From contig NC_002939.5 of assembly GCF_000007985.2 (NCBI RefSeq), positions 2,280,001-2,312,000 on the forward strand: a DNA stretch of 32,000 bases. Reading direction: 5' to 3'. The stretch's first letter is position 1. Each line of letters opens with the position of its first letter. This DNA is from Geobacter sulfurreducens PCA. GTDB taxonomy: Bacteria > Desulfobacterota > Desulfuromonadia > Geobacterales > Geobacteraceae. The position numbers were made by a program, and so were the translations under genes. The notes beneath the pieces were generated by a model. The model saw only the letters and a list, made by a program, of their open reading frames with translations. It was not told the origin of the DNA and did not search any database. Of this stretch, positions 27,582-32,000 are shown one piece after another.

Positions 27582-27634
27582 ACTTGCGGAAGGTGTCTGG
27601 GACTTGTGAACGGTGGGAAACGGGGAGTGAACCG
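27582..27634 (-). promoter_or_regulatory. Three phased direct repeats: candidate LytTR (RcoM-like) operator of the cooS promoter
   Basis: In cooS-sense reading: CGGTTCACTCCC (27634-27623), CCGTTCACAAGT (27613-27602) and CCTTCCGCAAGT (27593-27582). Start-to-start spacing is 21 and 20 bp. The proximal repeat ends 74 nt upstream of the cooS ATG. The core CCGTTC resembles the AlgR (LytTR) 9-mer CCGTTCGTC as I recall it. Confidence 0.4.
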
Positions 27635-27640
27635 CCGGCG

Positions 27641-28339
27641 CTACTTCAGGCCGAGATCCGTCAGGAAGCGCTGCATCTTGTCGCGGCTCACCGGGAGGCG
27701 GACTTCGCCCCCACCCGCCGCGACGGTGCACTCGCTGCTTTCCCGGTGGACTTTCCTGACCTTGGCGAGGTTGACCAGGTAGCTGCGGTGGATGCGGTAG
27801 AAGATGTCCTCGGAGAGCCGTTTTTCCATGGCCCCCAGGGACAGGTCGCTGTGGAATTCGCCCGCTTCGGTATAGATGAGGGAGTAGATATTGTCCGCCT
27901 TCAGGTAGACGATCTCCTCAGGCCTGAGCAGGTGGATGTCGCCGCGGGAAGTGACCGGCACCCGCGTGAGCTTTCGCTCGGCAACGATGAAGGGGGTGAT
28001 GTCGTAAAACAGGGCGCAGATCTTTTCGCTGGCGGGGTCCCGCTCCGCCACGGTGATCAGCTTGACGAGGAGGTAGCGGTCGTGCCCCTCGCTGGTGATG
28101 AACTTGAGGGAAAGAGGGATGTGCCGCTGCGCCTGGCGGGCCAGCCGCAGGGTCTCCTTCACCTTTTCCCGCGCCGCCTCGTCGTGGATATCCAGGAGAT
28201 CCCCCGCAAAGATGCGCTCACGGGGGATATGCCCGAAAATCATGAACACCATGCTGCTGACGGAGGAAATGGTCAGGTCGTCGTTGAAGATCACGACCCC
28301 CGGTTCCATCTGTTCGATCATGGAGAGGATGCGGTTCAT
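27641..28339 (-). CDS. rcoM: PAS-LytTR transcriptional regulator, RcoM-like putative CO sensor
   Basis: 232 aa. The N-terminal ~120 aa is PAS-like (GVVIFNDDLTISSVSS...LFYDITPFIVAERKL). The C-terminal part is a LytTR DNA-binding domain (IHLLRPEEIVYLKADNIYSLIYTEAGEFHSDLSLGAMEKRL...FYRIHRSYLVNL). It lies directly upstream of cooS on the same strand. I could not verify heme ligands. Confidence 0.7.
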   Translation of the reverse strand: MNRILSMIEQMEPGVVIFNDDLTISSVSSMVFMIFGHIPRERIFAGDLLDIHDEAAREKVKETLRLARQAQRHIPLSLKFITSEGHDRYLLVKLITVAERDPASEKICALFYDITPFIVAERKLTRVPVTSRGDIHLLRPEEIVYLKADNIYSLIYTEAGEFHSDLSLGAMEKRLSEDIFYRIHRSYLVNLAKVRKVHRESSECTVAAGGGEVRLPVSRDKMQRFLTDLGLK

Positions 28340-28376
28340 GGCGATGCTGCTCCTCGACGGCTGCAGGGTTCCGAGA

Positions 28377-28406
28377 GGTATATCATCGGCCGCGGGGTCG
28401 AGTCAA
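28377..28406 (-). promoter_or_regulatory. Candidate sigma70 promoter of the rcoM-like gene
   Basis: Minus-strand reading: TTGACT (28406-28401), 18-nt spacer, TATACC (28382-28377). It lies 38 nt upstream of the ATG at 28339. Confidence 0.3.
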
Positions 28407-28467
28407 TTCCTCCCCGCGCGGCGTGGCCCCGCCCAAGGCCGACCGGGGCGGCTCCGCAACGATAGAA

Positions 28468-28506
28468 TTCACTAATAGGATTTGTCTGATAAAATGATAA
28501 CTTCAC
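28468..28506 (+). promoter_or_regulatory. Candidate katG promoter with an overlapping Fur/PerR-like AT-rich box
   Basis: TTCACT (28468-28473), 16-nt spacer, TAAAAT (28490-28495). GATAAAATGATAACTTCAC (28488-28506) resembles GATAAT-hexamer Fur-family boxes and covers the -10 element. Confidence 0.3.
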
Positions 28507-28600
28507 AATCGACACAGAAAAACACCACGGCACCATCCGGGCGTGACGGAGGATTCTGCTGCCGAGTGACAACCGAAAGGCAAAATCGCCGACGAAGTGA

Positions 28601-30823
<2,223 letters not shown>

Positions 30824-30838
30824 CCCTGACAACGCAAA

Positions 30839-30874
30839 GGGGACGCAGTTGATCGGCGCATCAACTGCGTCCCC
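30839..30874 (+). terminator. katG terminator hairpin
   Basis: Perfect 15-bp stem GGGGACGCAGTTGAT / ATCAACTGCGTCCCC with a 6-nt loop, starting 16 nt after the katG TGA. It is followed by TTGAAT, a short T-tract. Confidence 0.65.
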
Positions 30875-31075
30875 TTGAATCAATGTAGTCAACCCATTCG
30901 GCATCGGCCGACGGCCGTGTCACCCCGGTAAGTAGAGAAGTTTTAGGCCAACAGGACTACCGTCCCAGAACAACCAAAGGAAATTAAAGGCAAATAAATT
31001 TATCACTGTCTTTCCCGGCTTTCTCACAGGGCGAAAAACCGCTCAGACCATTCAATTAAGACGTTAGGCGTCAAA

Positions 31076-31744
31076 TTGCGAGGTAGTGCATTGCGAGAGT
31101 TCCGCTTTGCGGTCGGTTCAAAGGACGGTCTGCGTTCAACCGTGTGGAAGTGCTGGGTCCAGGGGGCCGAGGCCTACATTACTGGACGGCTGTTCGGCAA
31201 CGAGATGAAGATCTCGCTGCATTCTTCTGGGGAGTGTCAATGGTCCTGCACGGACATATGGGTCCGACGAGACCCAAGCCGCAGAAACGCCGATCGGCAT
31301 ATCGCCAAGTGGCATGTGACCTACCCACAAGACAACAACGCGATATTAGCCTTTCGCGTCGCAGTTCCTGTATCAGAGCTTCGTTCGGAGCCTATTACAT
31401 CGAGCCAGAAAAAGGCATTCTGGATAGGGAACGCACCGGTCGGATCGACTGTTGAATTTTGCTTCTATTTCACTCGACAACTTGATTACCCGCCACCCAC
31501 TGATGGCAACCCTGCGCTTCGGCACATTGCATCCCTCAAGTTGCGCGACGGGCGCTGGTTAGTCGTCTTTGTTTGGTTGCGGTCTCTTTCAGCTAGTGAC
31601 ATTGCCGCCGCTCGAGATGCGGCGGTAGCGCAAGCACGCGCAGATGGAATACAAGTTTGTGCAGAACACCGCCTAGCACTGTTTGCCTTGCCGACTGCCG
31701 AAACATCGGCGGCAGTGCTCGAAGTCTGTGCGACTGCTACCTAA
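31076..31744 (+). CDS. Hypothetical protein, no recognisable domain, in a lower-GC patch
   Basis: Open frame of 222 codons. The most plausible start is TTG at 31091 (GAGGT 6 nt upstream), and the first ATG is at 31204. The sequence is protein-like in composition (FRFAVGSKDGLRSTVWKCWVQGAEAYITGRLFGNEMKISLHSSGECQW...), but I recognise no motif. Confidence 0.5.
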   Translation: MRGSALREFRFAVGSKDGLRSTVWKCWVQGAEAYITGRLFGNEMKISLHSSGECQWSCTDIWVRRDPSRRNADRHIAKWHVTYPQDNNAILAFRVAVPVSELRSEPITSSQKKAFWIGNAPVGSTVEFCFYFTRQLDYPPPTDGNPALRHIASLKLRDGRWLVVFVWLRSLSASDIAAARDAAVAQARADGIQVCAEHRLALFALPTAETSAAVLEVCATAT

Positions 31745-31840
31745 CCTTTCGGTTGACTCCATCCCCACCCTATCCTCTCAACCGCCACAACTCCTACCCA
31801 TCAGAAACCACGGCACGCCAGAACCAACAAACAGCCGACA

Positions 31841-32000
31841 TCAGAGACTATCATGCTCGGTACGCGTGATGATCTCGTCCTGCAGTTCCCGCGACAGGTC
31901 GCAGAAGTAGTCGCTGTAGCCCGCCACGCGCACGATCAGGTCGCGGTGGGCATCGGGGTCGGCCTGGGCGGCGCGGAGCGTGTCGGCGCGCACGACGTTG
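31841..32000 (-). CDS. C-terminal end of a glycyl-radical enzyme (pyruvate formate-lyase family); N-terminus outside the window
   Basis: Hand translation of the reverse strand gives ...[52 protein letters not shown], with stop TGA at 31843-31841. RVAGYS is the glycyl-radical signature (RVxGY/F). Confidence 0.8.
   Translation of the reverse strand, partial: NVVRADTLRAAQADPDAHRDLIVRVAGYSDYFCDLSRELQDEIITRTEHDSL

Noticed and set aside
30965-31831. CCAGAACAACCAAA (30965-30978) and CCAGAACCAACAAA (31818-31831) flank the orphan ORF like att-type direct repeats
   Set aside because: Only 12 of 14 positions match, the sequence is low-complexity A/C-rich, and there is no integrase, tRNA or inverted repeats. 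This is too weak to call an insertion scar.

Overview
GC-rich chromosome segment (41 of 60 G+C in 12001-12060) that is almost fully coding. I saw no rRNA, tRNA, CRISPR array, transposase or integrase. From motif recall only (no search was possible), gene content and order look like Geobacter sulfurreducens or a close relative.

Gene order, left to right:
1. A minus-strand pair: a secreted S8 subtilisin-like protease (runs off the left edge) downstream of an octaheme c-type cytochrome. The cytochrome has 7 CXXCH plus 1 CX14CH motifs and two IPT/TIG-like C-terminal domains. This matches the described OmcZ nanowire cytochrome and its OzpA maturation protease.
2. A strikingly AT-rich, roughly 0.85-kb non-coding stretch (16 of 60 G+C in 3541-3600) lies upstream of omcZ. 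A 50-aa zinc-ribbon ORF sits at its far end.
3. An 11.7-kb same-strand block, mreB ... mreC-mreD-mrdA-rodA, is split by seven envelope-sugar genes: GT2 glycosyltransferase, gmhA, a deoxyhypusine-synthase-like unknown, hldE, gmhB, rfbA, rfbC.
4. ppiD-like chaperone and purC.
5. yaeQ, an ABC-F ATPase and a receiver/HD-GYP response regulator.
6. A CO-dehydrogenase operon: PAS-LytTR (RcoM-like) regulator, cooS, cooC, cooF and an FAD/NAD(P) oxidoreductase.
7. Divergent katG, a lower-GC orphan ORF, and the C-terminus of a glycyl-radical enzyme at the right edge.

The most spectacular system, omcZ/ozpA, appears to be already described. The items I cannot explain from known biology are:
- the DHS-like gene translationally embedded in the ADP-heptose operon;
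- the zinc-ribbon ORF and AT-rich region beside omcZ;
- phased AlgR-like direct repeats in front of cooS;
- a terminator-bounded 170-nt segment downstream of the CODH operon;
- the orphan ORF after katG.

Several ORF-track starts are over-extended, and I trimmed them to starts with a Shine-Dalgarno sequence. The many long antisense or out-of-frame ORFs are high-GC artefacts.
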